Shown piece by piece: positions 24,619 to 38,150 of a DNA stretch of 64,000 nucleotides (position 1 is its first letter; every line of letters begins with the position of its first letter). Below the pieces are notes generated by a model. That model had not been told where the DNA came from. It saw only the letters and a list, made by a program, of their open reading frames with translations, and did no database searches. The stretch lies in NCBI GenBank assembly GCA_964016885.1, contig OZ024745.1:31992001-32056000 (forward strand), read 5' to 3'. The DNA is from Eledone cirrhosa (lineage: Eukaryota). A program made the translations under genes and the position numbers.

Positions 24619-26127
24619 GTGACAGGAATTAGATAGATAGATAGATAGATAGATAGATGTTATATCTTTATATACATATTTTTTATATACTTTTTCATTC
24701 TCAACCTTTTATTTTTATTTTTATTTTTATTATCTGTAGTTCTTTTATTTTTAATTTTTATTTTTTCATTTTTCATTTTCAATTTTATTTTATTCATTAA
24801 ACTTTATTCTTGTATTTAATTGTTACCCTGTTAGCATTCCTCGTTTTTCTATGTTCCATCTTTCACTTTACTGTCTGTCTATACAGCATGACTATAACCA
24901 TTCTCTTCCGCGGGACTTTCGGTCCAGGGCCTATGGATAGCTTCCAGAAATCCCTAGCCTAACAATCCTACCGGGGAGCATTGCCGAGCTGAGATAAGCT
25001 CTACAGGTATGGAAGTGCCGTCATCCGGTTATGTCCGAGATACGCCCAGGGCGAAGACACCGTCGTCCAGTGTCCGAGTATTGTTAGCTTGTGGCTTTAT
25101 CTCCAACACCTGCTGTCATGTGTTGGACGGATCCGACTGTCAAGTGAGTCCTTCGTCAAAATTTCTCCGCCGCCTTTCTTTAGCCAGGAAGGGCGGGCTG
25201 TTTTTATTTGCATGGTGGCTATGGCGAAAGAAGTCGTGTGGTGGACGCGTCTGAAAGGGCTGAAGATGGGTGCTTTCTTTTTCGACATCCCCTGATTAAC
25301 TTCTTCAGGTTTCACTTTTAGAGGAAAATCAGTGTGGAGAAAGAGTGCTGTCTTCAAAGCAATTTGTTGAGAGGTGGGTGAAAGAGGCGAGAATGGCCCG
25401 AGTGAGTGGGCCTGCTCTGAGCGTGGGAATTTTCTTTTGCTTCTATTTTTTGTTATATCCTTTGTTTTTGTTTTATACTCATTTTTATATGCAGAAACCC
25501 ACATTGTACCGTCCTGTGCAGTCGTTAATGTATTTTTATGTAAACCCTTTGTGGTCAATAAAGAAAACATTATTATCATTATTACGAATACTACTATTAT
25601 TATCAATGTTTTTTTTCTGATTACTAGAATAATCATTATCGTTGTTTATATCTTTAGTTGACAATTATTAATAGTACATTCATTATCTCTGTTATTATAA
25701 AATAATGTTATTATTATCATTATTATTATCATGGTCGTGGTTTGGCAGTATCAGTAGAGCGTCAGACACCATGCTTTGCAGCATAAAGTTAAGACCCTTT
25801 ACGTTCTGAGTCCAAATCCCGCCGAGGTTAGCTTTGCCTCTGTCAACAGTTAAGTATAGGAACTTTACTCGGACCCTACAAACTCGACCAATCAGAAGGG
25901 GAATACGTCTATTACTAGAACTTAATAAAAAAAGGAGATTCAAAGGCTGATATGTCTGCTAGCATTGCAACAGGGTGGTAATGCGTGACCATATCCTCAT
26001 GATTGCATAACTACACTTATGATTGTATGAGCATCTGATGAAGTCATATGCAAACCATGTAACAGAAGTATATATCATATAATAAAGCAATTATAGTGAA
26101 GTAACCTTACCTTAACTACTTTTAATT

Positions 26128-26220
<93 letters not shown>

Positions 26221-26652
26221 TAAAAAAGTGAGAATGGGGCTGTGTGGTTACCAATAAATATTTAGAAAACGTGAGAGAAAACACAAACACAAGGACAATT
26301 CCTGCTCATCGGCTGTTTTCTGTCGATCACTGATGTTTCGAACGTACTAAAGACAGTACATTTCACCACTGCGTTAATAGCTAAAATGAATAGCTATCTG
26401 GGAAGAAACACAACAGACGATAATGAAGAGACCGACAAAAAGCAAAAACAAAAAAGAAAAAGACATACCAATAGAGAAAGGGGAAAAGACGAAGGCAGCA
26501 ATGCATGAAAGTTTGGTAGTAACCGAGGGAAAGGGAAAGGGAAAAAGTTAATACTAGTGGCTGAACATAAGTTCTGAAACCGTATTAACAACAAGCAGGA
26601 GAGAGAGAGAGAGAGAGAAAAAAACGTCTGGTCATAACGACAACAGGTGTGG

Positions 26653-26735
<83 letters not shown>

Positions 26736-26821
26736 GGAAAAATTTGAACAGGAACAAAACAGAGAGGCAGTACAACGAATGTTTATTAATTTCACGCTCT
26801 GGAGAGTGGGGTGGTGAGGGG

Positions 26822-26856
26822 GAACGACGTTTCGGGCATAAGCCCTTCTTCAGGTG
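26822..26856 (-). ncRNA. Minimal Penelope-type hammerhead ribozyme motif
   Basis: Minus strand cac-CTGAAGA-a-gggc-ttat-gccc-GAAA-cg-TC-gt: intact core, 4-bp stem II, palindromic ACGT stem III. Lies in a C-rich, Penelope-like 3' region. Confidence 0.8.
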
Positions 26857-27211
26857 AGAAGTGTGTGAGAAAAGAGTTCAAAGGGTGTGTAGGCGAGTGG
26901 TGGAGAGACATATAGGGAAAGGAAACGGTGCGAATGAAATTAAAAATAAAAATAAAAATAAAGCATGATCAAAATACAAGGAATGGAATAAAATTAAATA
27001 TAAAAGCATGATCAAAATAAACTGAAATTAAAAAGGGGTAAACCAGGTGGTGGAAGGGTGTGGGGTGTGTAGGGGTGGTGGCGGGTGGAGTAGGGAGAGG
27101 GAGATGGGGTGTCCGAGCGGGGAGGGCTGAAGGTGGTGTGTGTGTGTAGGTGTACGTGTGTGTGTGTGTGTGTGTATGTGAAAGTAAGGGTTGGGGGAAG
27201 AACGGGGTTGC

Positions 27212-27273
<62 letters not shown>

Positions 27274-27949
27274 AAATTAGGATAATTGACAAAGAGAAGA
27301 CAATGAACGAAAACGAGGCAGTGCAAAAAAAAATGTTAATGAGGAAACCTTAAAAATTTATTTATAAAATAAAAAGACAAACGAAAGACACAGCTGTTGA
27401 GATGGACTTTGGCAGTTTCGACGCCTACCGGTTCTGCTGGTCCACCAAGGGTCACGGCGTCTGACAAACAAGTCAAAGCGCTGTCCTATGGATTAAAAGA
27501 CTGGACAAAACAATAACATACAGCAAGTCATTACAAATATGTCAGACTGACGAGCTGAGGTGTAATAACTTCCTCAGTAAAACGCGCGTATTCAACAGCT
27601 GAAAATGCTTGTGCGTGTGTGTGCGTGCCCACTGAATTTGTTCTTCTCACTCCACATAATGACGTGTTTATCTCGGCATATATTTCGCTCATCTCAAGAG
27701 AACGTCTTCGTGTACTATTGTTTTCTAAAGGCAATATTTAGTTGTAACTTTATTTTTAAATTTACTTCTGCATCTACAGATTAATTTTTCTCGATTTCAG
27801 ATGACCCCGCTTAGGGTGAAATTAGTAATTTATAGCTTGAACTTTTGATCTCTACTAATAATAAATATTTGCTCTACGAATTTGTATATACTTTTATATA
27901 TATTATCCTTATCGAGTCCTCTTAGGATTTATTATTAATATATATAGTT

Positions 27950-28140
27950 AGGGCGGTAGATTGGCAGTATCGGTAGAGGGTCGGACGCCATGCTTTGACG
28001 CATAGAGTTACGGCCCTTGCTATTCTGAGTTCAAATCCCGCCGAGGTTAACTTTGCCTTTCATCCTTACGGGGTCGATAAAATAAAGTACCAGTAATACA
28101 CTGGGTAATTGCTGGCCTTGTGCCAAAAGTAGAAACAATT
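27950..28140 (+). mobile_element. tRNA-derived SINE, full length
   Basis: Head gggcggtagattggcagtatcggtagagggtcggac, B box and family tail. Confidence 0.88.
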
Positions 28141-28194
28141 ATTAATATATATAGTAATAATGCTGAGGACTGCTCTGAACATTTATCAATATAC

Positions 28195-28445
28195 ACTGAG
28201 GATGACGAACTCAGAGCTGTATAAGAGCCTCCCAAAAGTCAGCTCGAAAGTGACACAGAGGAGACTAAGGTTAGCTGGAGCCCCTACTCAGACACACTGG
28301 AAGAGTGAGACTAAGGATGACATATGTTGATGCCCTAAGGACAGACACTGGTCTCTGTGAGAAGCAGGACATGGTGGCAATGATGAAGGACAGAGACCAC
28401 TGGAGAGGACTCATCCATGGATCTTGGGAATTTTACCTGCCTTAA
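28195..28445 (+). mobile_element. 3' fragment of the same RTE family as 10991-12480
   Basis: Diverged reverse complement of 10991-11290 (catatgttgatgccctaaggacagacactggtc...ccatggatcttgggaatttt). Confidence 0.8.
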
Positions 28446-28477
28446 ATAGAGATATATATATATATATATATATACAC

Positions 28478-29057
28478 TAGCAGTGGTACTCGGCGTTGCA
28501 CGTGATAAGGTATTTTGGGCCGCGGGCCGCCAACAGACCTAATCGTGGAAAAACTGCATGCCTCGACAATATGTAAAGAAAATAAACCGAATACTCTGAT
28601 GGCTGGATAATCTTTAAGATTTTCCTCGATGAAGTAGGAAAAATGCAGGTTTTCAACTAGGGGATCAAGAAAATGAATTTTTTTATTTGTGTGCATAGTA
28701 TGCCTTGAAATTTCGGGGAAATCGGCTAGACGTAACGCCTCAAAAACGCCCTAAAAAGCTGAAAAAATTAAGTTTTTCCCCTAGGCCATAAAAAAGTTGG
28801 ATTTTCTTTGCTCACAGTATGAAGAAGAGACTGACTAATACATAGTTACAATTTCAAGGAAATCGGTCTGACGTAACGCTTCAAAAACCCCCTAAAGACC
28901 TGAAAAATCGCAGTTTTTCACATAATGCGGGCCCTAGGGGATCAATAAGTTGAACTTTTTTATGTGCATAACACACCCTGAAACATAAGTGATACACACG
29001 TAAAGTTTGAAAAAAGTCGGTTGGGTATTTCTCGAGTTTTAGGGATTCAAACTCACA

Positions 29058-29118
<61 letters not shown>

Positions 29119-29928
29119 CCTCAGGGAAGTGACGGAATGCCAGACATACAGACAGATATTATAAGGGCTCGACGTTATATGTATGTATCTATCTAAAAAG
29201 AGAAAGACTAAGAATTATAGAGAGAGATCGTTAAATCGCCTAATGCGGTCCCTAGGGCATTGAAAATTTGAAATTTATTTGCTCAGAACATTCCCTGAAA
29301 CATAAGTATTACATGTGTAAAGTTTGAAAAAAGTCGGTTGGATGATTCTCGAGTTTTAGGGATTCAAACTCACACACACACAGACAGACATCCTCAGTTT
29401 TATATATTTAGACTAGCAGAAAACCACCCACCGGGTGGTTTTCTGCTAGTATATATATATATTACACACACAGAAATGTATATATATTTCTGTGTGTATA
29501 TATATATATATATTACACACACAGAAATGTATATATATTTCTGTGTGTATATATATATATTTCTGTGTGTATATATATATATATTACACACACACACAGA
29601 AATGTATATATGTTTCTGTAGCACTCCTCAATTCCTCCCTCTCTCCCTCCCGCTATCCCCCTCTTGTAGTCTGTCTCTTTCTTTCACTCTCACTCTCTCT
29701 CTACGCGTGCGCAAAAAACATTCGCACGCGCGCACGTGTTTTAGCGTCTATTCACTCTCTCTCTCTCTCTCTCCCTCTCTCCCTCCTGCTATCCCCCTCT
29801 CGTAGTCTGTCTCTTTCTTTCACTCTCACTCTCTCTCTACGCGTGCGCAAAAATATTCGCACGCGCGCACGTGTTTCCACTGTCGGACAGACAGACAGAG
29901 AAATTGTTGGTTATATATTATAAGGAGA
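28478..29928 (-). mobile_element. Cluster of Helitron-like non-autonomous elements with internal duplications
   Basis: CTAG terminus with adjacent GC-rich hairpin at 28478; CTAG-bounded palindrome at 29413-29448; minus-strand TC start near 29928; repeated blocks such as aaagtttgaaaaaagtcggttgg. Confidence 0.5.
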
Positions 29929-30931
29929 TTATATATGTATATGTTGCAAAATCTGTAGGTGTGAAAAGGATCTAGTCATCTAGTTATATCCAGTGCAGTC
30001 AGATCATTGACCACCTGGTTTCAGGCTGTCAGATCATTGACCACCTGGTTTCAGGCTGCAAAACAGAGGGGAAATAGTACAAGCATCACTCAGATGCAGT
30101 ATCCAGAGGTGTAGTCGCCAAAGAAGTTGCTGACTACCTCAATTCCCGAGGTATTTGACACCACCACATGATGTCATTCACATATGCTGACACTGCCCTT
30201 CCACATCCCAGTTTGAGCAATATGCTCTTCAACATCTCCAGAAGAGAGGAGAGAGGGCATTCTGGACAGAACGAGCATGGGATCTGAAATGGTAGATGGC
30301 GCTGTGCATTGAAGTGATCAAGCCGCTGAAGAAATGACCGGTTCTGCTGTTTTTGTAGCTGGTGGAGCTGTTGTGACTGTCACTGCTGCTGTTTCTGTTG
30401 TTGTTGCTAGTATTGCGGTTGCTTGTGTTGTTAAGGTTGTTTGAGACAATGGTGACAGTGGGCTGTTTATTGATGGCAAGTTGTGGGTAGAAGGCCTTCA
30501 AGTGAGTGGCAGTATCACAAGTATGACACTTTCGTCTTCTCTCGTCTACCACCTTTGACAGATGAACACCACCTAGGGCATCAATCACTTTGTCAATAGA
30601 ATCAAGGGATAGCAGGTCAGTTTCGATGAGAGATCTATCTCCATTATGCCCCAGTTTTCCCTTTTCATTTTACGGACTTTGAGGATGGTGGTTCAATCCT
30701 CGAAGTCGGCAGTGTCAGTCTAGCTTTGGTAAATCTTTGGCTGCAGTACGATGGCATAAAGATCACCTCCTCTCTCTTCAAAGTGATATTTTTGTTAGTT
30801 GTGCATTTTTAATAAGAAAATTAAAGCAACCAGCCAGTATAAAATATTTCCTTGAGTAATTGATTTTACATTGATTTTAATTGAATGTACATTGTGAAAG
30901 CTCCTTATTGGAATCTAATTTCTTTTTGTAG

Positions 30932-31158
30932 CTAACACAAAAACTGAACAACCCATTGGTAATCCACCAGGATACATGGACAGTTTTGGAACTCCAGCAC
31001 CACCTGGATTTAATCCACCACAACAGGGATATGCACCAGCATCTGGATATCCTCCAGCATCTGGATATCCTCCAGCATCTGGATATCCTCCAGCATCTGG
31101 ATATCCTCCAGCATATGGATATTCTCAAACACAAAATACTCAAAACACCAATGTCATC
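30932..31158 (+). CDS. CD225/dispanin-family (PRRT1/IFITM-like) gene, proline-rich N-terminal coding exon
   Basis: Acceptor tctttttgtag ends at 30931 and donor GTAAGT starts at 31159 (phase 0). Open frame NTKTEQPIGNPPGYMDSFGTPAPPGFNPPQQGYAPAS(GYPPAS)3GYPPAYGYSQTQNTQNTNVI. In-frame ATG at 30976; upstream exon not located. Confidence 0.85.
31027..31120 (+). repeat. Coding 18-bp tandem repeat (GYPPAS, about 5 units)
   Basis: ggatatcctccagcatct units lie in frame inside the exon. Confidence 0.9.
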
Positions 31159-31375
31159 GTAAGTAAACTATTCATTATTTTTACAGTTTTGCATCCATTT
31201 TTCCAAAATAGGGACCTGATTTTTAACTGGTTTCAGACATTAGATTCTGATTATGCTTAGATACCAGCTTTAAGATTGTTTTATCAATCCTATCAACCAA
31301 AGTGCTTGTTTCACTCAGGTAATTATAGAATGGTTTAATTATTTTTGATATACCATAAACACACACACACACACA

Positions 31376-31437
<62 letters not shown>

Positions 31438-31647
31438 TTCTCTCTCTCTCTCTCATACAAATCCACATATACTGCAACCATAATCATTTTTACATTCACC
31501 TTTTCTTGGTCACATGGCTGGGATTGTTTTTTTTTTCTTTGTAGAATATGGTACTTGTTTCACTGATTTTCACATGTCAAACTATTAACATACAAGAGAT
31601 ATTGTTTATGCGTGGTACCACTTGTTTAGACACAAATGCACACACAT

Positions 31648-31691
<44 letters not shown>

Positions 31692-31760
31692 ATTAACCCA
31701 TGTATTTGATTCCTTTGTTCGCCTCTTTCTCTCTCTCTCTCTCTATATATATATATTCAT

Positions 31761-32102
31761 ATATAATAGAAAAAAGAGGAAGTTTTGTTTACATATGAAA
31801 AATATTTATTGTGTATCGAACTGTTAGGCGCGTTTCTCAGAGGATTGGCTCAAGTTGACCCATAGGAGTTATGGACCCGCCTCCAGTGTCGATCTGCTCC
31901 TCAAACTGGTGATGCAACAAAATGCGATAAAAATATATCTTTTGTCGCATCACTAGTCTGAGGAGCAGATCGATACTAGAGGCGGGTCCATAACTCCTAT
32001 GGGTCAACTTGAACCAATCCTCTGCGAAACACGTGTAACATGTTGATACACAATAAACATTTTTCATATGTAAATAAAAGTTCCTCGTTTTTTCTATTAT
32101 AT
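31761..32102. repeat. Intronic fold-back of two diverged hammerhead-bearing arms (~165 bp each)
   Basis: 31761-31921 is the imperfect reverse complement of 31940-32102. Confidence 0.9.
31953..32042 (+). ncRNA. Type I hammerhead motif with enlarged stem II domain
   Basis: CTGAGGA-gcaga-(~50 nt insert)-tctgc-GAAA-cacgtg-TA; palindromic ACACGTGT stem III; short stem I. Confidence 0.7.
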
Positions 32103-32289
32103 ACACTCTGCCTGTGCATAGAATGCTTGATTTGGTACCAACACCAGTATTTCACCATACTACCTACACTATATACATATATATAATAACAAATTTGGGA
32201 CCCTGGCGGCTGAGCCCCTGGTGTTTCAACAGCTAGATCTAACAGGGAAAATGGATGTTAAATGATGATGATGATAATGATATATATAT

Positions 32290-34560
32290 ATCAAACCGGC
32301 GGTTAAGGGAGGCACGCCGGCCTCTACACGGCCGAAGCCCTCAGGCAGCTCCGTAACCACCTCTTCTACCGCCCTCTACCTTCCGACCCCATTCCCCTCT
32401 ACTAACAAGTTTCCTCCACCATCCAACACCTCGTCTCCTCCTCCCTCCCCCCTCCTACCATCTCCCAGCTCATCATCCGCATGCCCTGCACCCCCACCAT
32501 CTACTTCCTCCCCAAGATCCAAAAATACGACAACCCCGGCCACCCCATCGTCTCCGCTTGCAACTGCCCCACTGAACTCATCTCCGCCCTTCTCGACTCC
32601 ATCCTCACCCCCCTTGTCACTGCCCTCGCCTCCCACATCTCCGACACCAACCACGCTCTCCGCCTCTTTGAGTCCCTCCCCTGTCCACCTGGCCACACCC
32701 CCTCCTCTTCACCCTAGACATTAAATCCCTTTACACCGTCATCCCCTACGCCAACGGCCTATGCGCCCTCCGAAACTACCTCGACCTTCGCCCCTCCTCG
32801 TCCGCTCCACCCCACCCCCTCACCCTTAATTGCTTCTCCTTCTCGGGTGAATTTTACCAGCAGGTCACTGGGGTAGCCATGGGCACAAGAATGGGCCCCA
32901 ATAATGTCACCTTTTCATTGGCCATGTTGAGGCCCAAATCTTTGCCCAATACACCGGCCCCACGCCCGAACTGTAGAGTCAGTACTTCGACGACTGCATC
33001 AGAGCCACGACTCTCACCCGAGAACAGCTTGGCTCCTTTCTCTCCTTCTTCTGCTCCTTACATCCCTCCCTCCCATTTCACCTCTATCGCCACCACCCAC
33101 GTCCACTTCTTGGACATTTCTGTCGCCATTGACCCCTCTCACCCATCCCTCGTGACCTCTGCCTTCTTCAAACCCACCTCCTCCCACTCCTACCTCGACT
33201 TCACCTCCTCCTACTTTACACACACCAAACACTCCATTCCCTATTCCAAACTCTTCCGGATCCTCCGCCTCTGCAACCGGGATGCTGACTTTGAGACTCG
33301 ACCCTGTCTCTGGTCAGCCATTTCATCCAGAGAGGTCAACCCCCCCCCACTCCCCCACTCCCTCGTCCACACCGCCGTCACCCCACGCCCGTTTCCCCTC
33401 ACCTACCACCTCTCCACCCTACCCCACCACCGCACCATCCAACGCCTCTTCCAACACCTCCAGTCCAACCCCTCCACCTCTCCCATCTTCCCCTCCCCAC
33501 CCCCCCCGTCCTTCAAATGCTTGCACAACCTCCGCAACCTCCTCGTCTGCAGCTCCCTATCCTCCAACCGCTGTTCCACCCATCCCCGGTTCCCTTCTCT
33601 GCTCCAGACCTCGCTTCCACACCTGCCCCCACACCACCAACACCACCACCTTCCAGGGTCCCAACGGCCACTCACTCTCTGTCCGTTATGCCTTCCACTG
33701 CACCTCCTCCGACCTCATCTATGGACTTTGCTGCATGGAGTGCAACACAACCTATGTCCGACAGATCGGACATTGCCTGGCGGATCGGTTCACAGAGCAC
33801 CTCCGAGATATTCGTCTCGGCGGGAGTTCCCCCATCGCCCACCACTTTGGTTCCCCTGGACACTCCGCCTACAACCGCACCGTCTGTGGCCTGATCGAAT
33901 GCCATGGGACCCCCGCAACCCACCTTAGGCTCGAGCAACACACCATTTTCACCCTACAGACCCACACAACCCCTGGCCTGAACTCCCCACCCCTCTCCCG
34001 TTAGCCTTCAACCGTCCCCCTCCCCAACCCACATGCCCTACTAACACCACCAAAACACTCCCACACACACCACCACCCTCCCCCGTAACTTTTCACACAT
34101 ACCCATCCCCTCCCCTGTCCACCGCACCTCTGCACACACATACACACATTCCACACACACATACAGACCATCCCTAACACTACCTGTCTGTCACCCTCCT
34201 ACTGCTACCTCCTCTCCTTCACCCTGCCTTCTGATTATAGGAGGCTAGAAACTGCTAAATGGGTGGCCGCCTTCATGTCACTCTGCCTTTTCAGCCCCAT
34301 GGATTATATTCCTTTGTTAAATTTTGAATACCTGATGATGTCACCGGATTCATACTGAACCCGGTCATTGAAATGTTCATAGTATAATAAACCGTTAAGG
34401 AATTACATCAATCCAGCCTCCAGTTATTTTATAATAATTAACTCCGTACTCACACCACCAACAACATAAATGAAGACGGGTGAGTTGCATTACGTCGAGT
34501 GCTCTCCCTAATATTACATCGAGGTTGACCATACGGAATGACCAGTTCTATCCAGTGGTG
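32290..34560 (+). mobile_element. Decayed Penelope-like element (RT and GIY-YIG, frameshifted)
   Basis: PTIYFLPKIQK..PGHPIVS, G.AMGTRMGP, FLDISV, FFKPTSSHSYL, and GIY-YIG LIYGLCCMEC..YVRQ..RFTEHLRDI, spread over several frames. Confidence 0.88.
34328..34382 (+). ncRNA. Hammerhead-like motif in the Penelope 3' region
   Basis: CTGATGA at 34332, long hairpin accgg-attca-tac-tgaac-ccggt, GAAA at 34370, then tgt-TC; stems I and III degraded. Confidence 0.5.
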
Positions 34561-35334
34561 AACCAACAAACATAAATTAATATATATATGTGTTATATGT
34601 GTGTGTGTGTGTGTGTGTATATATACAATGTAAAACTATTGATGTATAAAATATGTATCTACTTATTGTCCATAACACCTCAAGGGAAATTTGCTGCTAA
34701 AATACAAAGAGAAGAGGTACTTCACATAGATATTGATATAGGTACAATTTTTATATCTTGTAAAAAAACATATAAGGCATATAATCAATTAGAACAATGA
34801 AATATTACTTACATTACATGAGCAATACATAGTTCTAATAAATGCCCATACAATGTTGTTTTGGGTTCTAAAAACACAACAATCACTGCAATAAAATGGA
34901 TAATTATTATTGCCAAAATTCAAATCATCATCAGTGAGCCATTCTTATTATTTGATTAATTATACAAGCCATTAACTGTCCCTAATTAAGTTTGAGTTGG
35001 GACACAAACTCACATGTTGATATGTTGGGTGACCAGGCAGCAGCTGCTACAGTCTTTGACAGTGGAAGGCAGGGAGGAATGCTAAAAATAGCTCCTCTCA
35101 AGCCAAGAAGCATCACAACTGGTATATTGAAAAGTGGGAGTATGAATATACAATGTAAAAATATCGCTATATGAAAAAATATATTGACTTGTCGACCATA
35201 AACCCCTGATGCAAATTTGTCTCTAAAATACCAAGAACAGAGAGAACTCGCATAGATATTGATATAGGTACAACAATTTTAATATCTTACATAAAAATAT
35301 ATAAAACATATAATCAATTAGAACAATGAAATCA

Positions 35335-37670
35335 TTATCATCATCATTTTACATCCGCTTTTCCCTGCTTGCAAGGGTGGGATGGGTCCTTTTCAGCACA
35401 GCATCTCTCCATTCATCACAGTCCTTCATCATCTCTTCTGTCAGCTTCAGTGATCTGAGGTCAGCTCTCACCACCCCTGCCCATGATTTTTGTGGTCTTC
35501 CTCTACTGCGTCTTCCTTCCACTGGAATTTCTTGGCACTTCTTTATCCAGCAGTCATCCTCCATGTGCATCACATGTCCATACAGTCCAATGTGGTCTTC
35601 TCTCCCACACACTACAGTTTATCCCTCTTATACACAGTTTCACTCTCAACTTGTCTATGCTTGGTCATTCATGCACATTGACATTGCACATCCATCGGAG
35701 CATGCTTGCTTCATTTCTCTCCAGTCGTCACATATCCTCCACAGTTGCTACCCATGTCTCACTACCATGCAGCATCACGCATCTCACACAGGCATCATAT
35801 AACCGGCCTTTTGTTCGTGGGGAGAAACCCTTCTTTTTCAACAGAGCAAGCAGCTCCCTAAACTTCTTCCAACCCATCCTTATTCTCGATACTATGGTCT
35901 CGGAGCATCCTCCTCCCTTTCTAATCTGATCACCTAGGTATCAGAAGCTATTAACCACTTCTATAGATCCTACCTGCATTTGAAAAATGTGTCTATCACT
36001 GCTACTTCTACTATCAAATGTCCTTGACCATCTACTGCATATGTAGTTTTCCCTACCTGTTAGTTTGCCTGCTAGCCCACTACACCTCATGTGTACCCAA
36101 GATCTGCATTGTGTATATTCTATAGAATTTATGCCAACGCCTTTTCTACATATCGAACATGGCCATTTCCCTGATGGAATCAGAGTTTTGTCCTCTTTCC
36201 TACTTATCAACACTTTAGTCTTAGCTAGGTTCACTTTCAGTCCTCTTGTTTCCAACTGTTGTTTCCATAGCCAGAATTTATTCTCTAGCTCCTCTACTGA
36301 TTCTGCTATAAGTACCAGATCGTCAGCATAGAGAAGTTCCCTTGGACAGCCAGTCTTAAAGAAGCTTGGAGAACTATAATGAATAAGAGTAGGCTGAGAA
36401 CCAAACCAGGATGTACTCCTACTTGTATCTGGAATTCCTCACTAAACTCCATTCCTACTCTCACTTTACTGACAGCTCCTCTGTACATAGCTTGCACTGT
36501 CCTCACAAGCCATTCCTCTACACCTAGTTTCCTTAGGGACCACCAGATGACAGATCAGGGTACTCTATCTAAGGCCTTCTCTAGGTCAACAAAAGCTAAG
36601 TATAGTGGCTTATTCTTCTCTACGAACCTCTCTTGTAGTTGTCTCACTAAGAAGAGGGCAACTATTGTACTTTTCCAAGGCACAAAACGAAACTGCATCT
36701 CATCTAATTTGACCCTTTCCCTAATTAGTTGTGCTAGCATTCTTTCTGTCACTTTCATAACCTGATCCATCAGTTTTATGCCCCTATAATTTCTCCTCTC
36801 CAGAGCATTTACCTTTGTAGCAATTTATAAGAACACTGCTGCACCAGTCTTTGGGTATGACTCTGCCACATATAGCTTGATTGATTATGCGTACAATCAG
36901 TTTAGTTCCTACTTCTCCTGATGCTTTTAGCATCTCAACAACCATCCCTAACAGTCCAGCAGCCTTACCACTTTTCATTTCCTTAATTGCCTCTTGGACC
37001 CTATAGTCGTCAATCTCAATATCTGGACCCTCTGTTGGGTCTACTGGGGGTAGTTTCTCTCTCTCCCATTCATTCTCAACATTCATCAGTCTCTCATAAT
37101 GACATTTCCAGGCCTCCTTTTTCTCAGCATCATTTCGGACACACTTATCTCCAACAACATCCTGATTTACACTGACACACTGCCTTGCAATGCGGAACAC
37201 CGCATGTCTCTGATCTTCTCATTGCTGAACATTAGCAACCCTCCTACTATCAGCTTCCCTGCATGCTAAGTATTTCTGATGTTTAGCCTCTCTTTTAGTG
37301 GCTGAGTATCGGTTTCTACTCCCACCATTTTTCCAAGCCTTCCATGTTTGTCTTTTGTCTTTAATGGCTCTACCTACCATGCTGTTCCACCACCAGGTCA
37401 CCCTCTGTCTAGTTCGAGCTTTGCTCCAGCCACAAGTCTCTTCAGTAGCCTGCAGTAAGTTATCGTGTAAGAACTTCCAGTTATTATCTATGTCATACAA
37501 TTCTAATTCGTCTTTTTTCTGGTCATACGCATCTTGAAGGGCTTTCCTAAATTTATCTTTTAGTGAAAGGTCTTTTAGCTTCCAGACCTTCCTTTTCCAC
37601 GCCTTTCTGTGTGTCTCATTCTGTCTCTTGCTTATTGTGATGTCACTAACGACTAACCTATGTTGAAATA
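35335..37670 (-). mobile_element. RTE-clade LINE, decayed
   Basis: Frameshifted fragments RVTWWWN, AWKCHYERLMNVENEW, KSGKAAG, YLAFVDLEKALDRVP, VGVHPG, GLKVNLAKTK, EGRRSRGRPQKSW; (GAT)n tail. Confidence 0.9.
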
Positions 37671-37689
37671 TTACATATATGTGTAAATA

Positions 37690-38150
37690 AAGGGAGATGG
37701 GAGACAGAGAGATATAAAGAGCTTCTCTCTCAGAATGAAAGCAGATTGTATGATGCCTGCATGCAAACTTCAATGCTACATGGAAAGGGGACTTAGAGTA
37801 CATAGATTGGAAAGAAATGAGGTGAGCATGCTTCGATAGTTATGTAATAGTAATGTATATGGATGATGAAGCATTAATGAACTGAGAGAAAAACTGGACA
37901 TAAAGAGGAGATGATGCAGTGTAGAAGAGAAAAGATTGGGCTGGTACATGTAAGGCATATGAAGGATGAGAGCTGCATAAAGGAGTGCAGGGTACTCAAA
38001 GTGGATGATACCCATGAAAGAAAGAGACCAAGGAAAACATGGGATGAAATTGACCTTACAAAGCCGAACGTCATGAAGGAGATAATATAAGATTAAGTTT
38101 ACTGGTGATTTACAATACTACATAAAACTCATCCTCCTATGCAAGCAGGC
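37690..38150 (+). mobile_element. Highly decayed RTE 3' fragment
   Basis: Remnants aaatgaggtgagcatgcttcg and gaaagaaagagaccaaggaaaacatggga parallel the 3' end of the neighbouring RTE in the opposite orientation. Confidence 0.5.

Noticed and set aside
26036-26070. CTGATGA as another hammerhead
   Set aside because: There is no correctly placed GAAA and no convincing stems.
27786-27830. Acceptor-like tttcag followed by ATG as a candidate upstream exon of the CD225 gene
   Set aside because: The available GT donors give phase 0, whereas the 30932 exon needs phase 1, and the region adjoins repeat sequence shared with 17150-17230.
29950-30780. ORF 30229-30588 as a host gene
   Set aside because: It has low-complexity Asn/Ser content and no splice support; probably a decayed LINE fragment that I could not classify.
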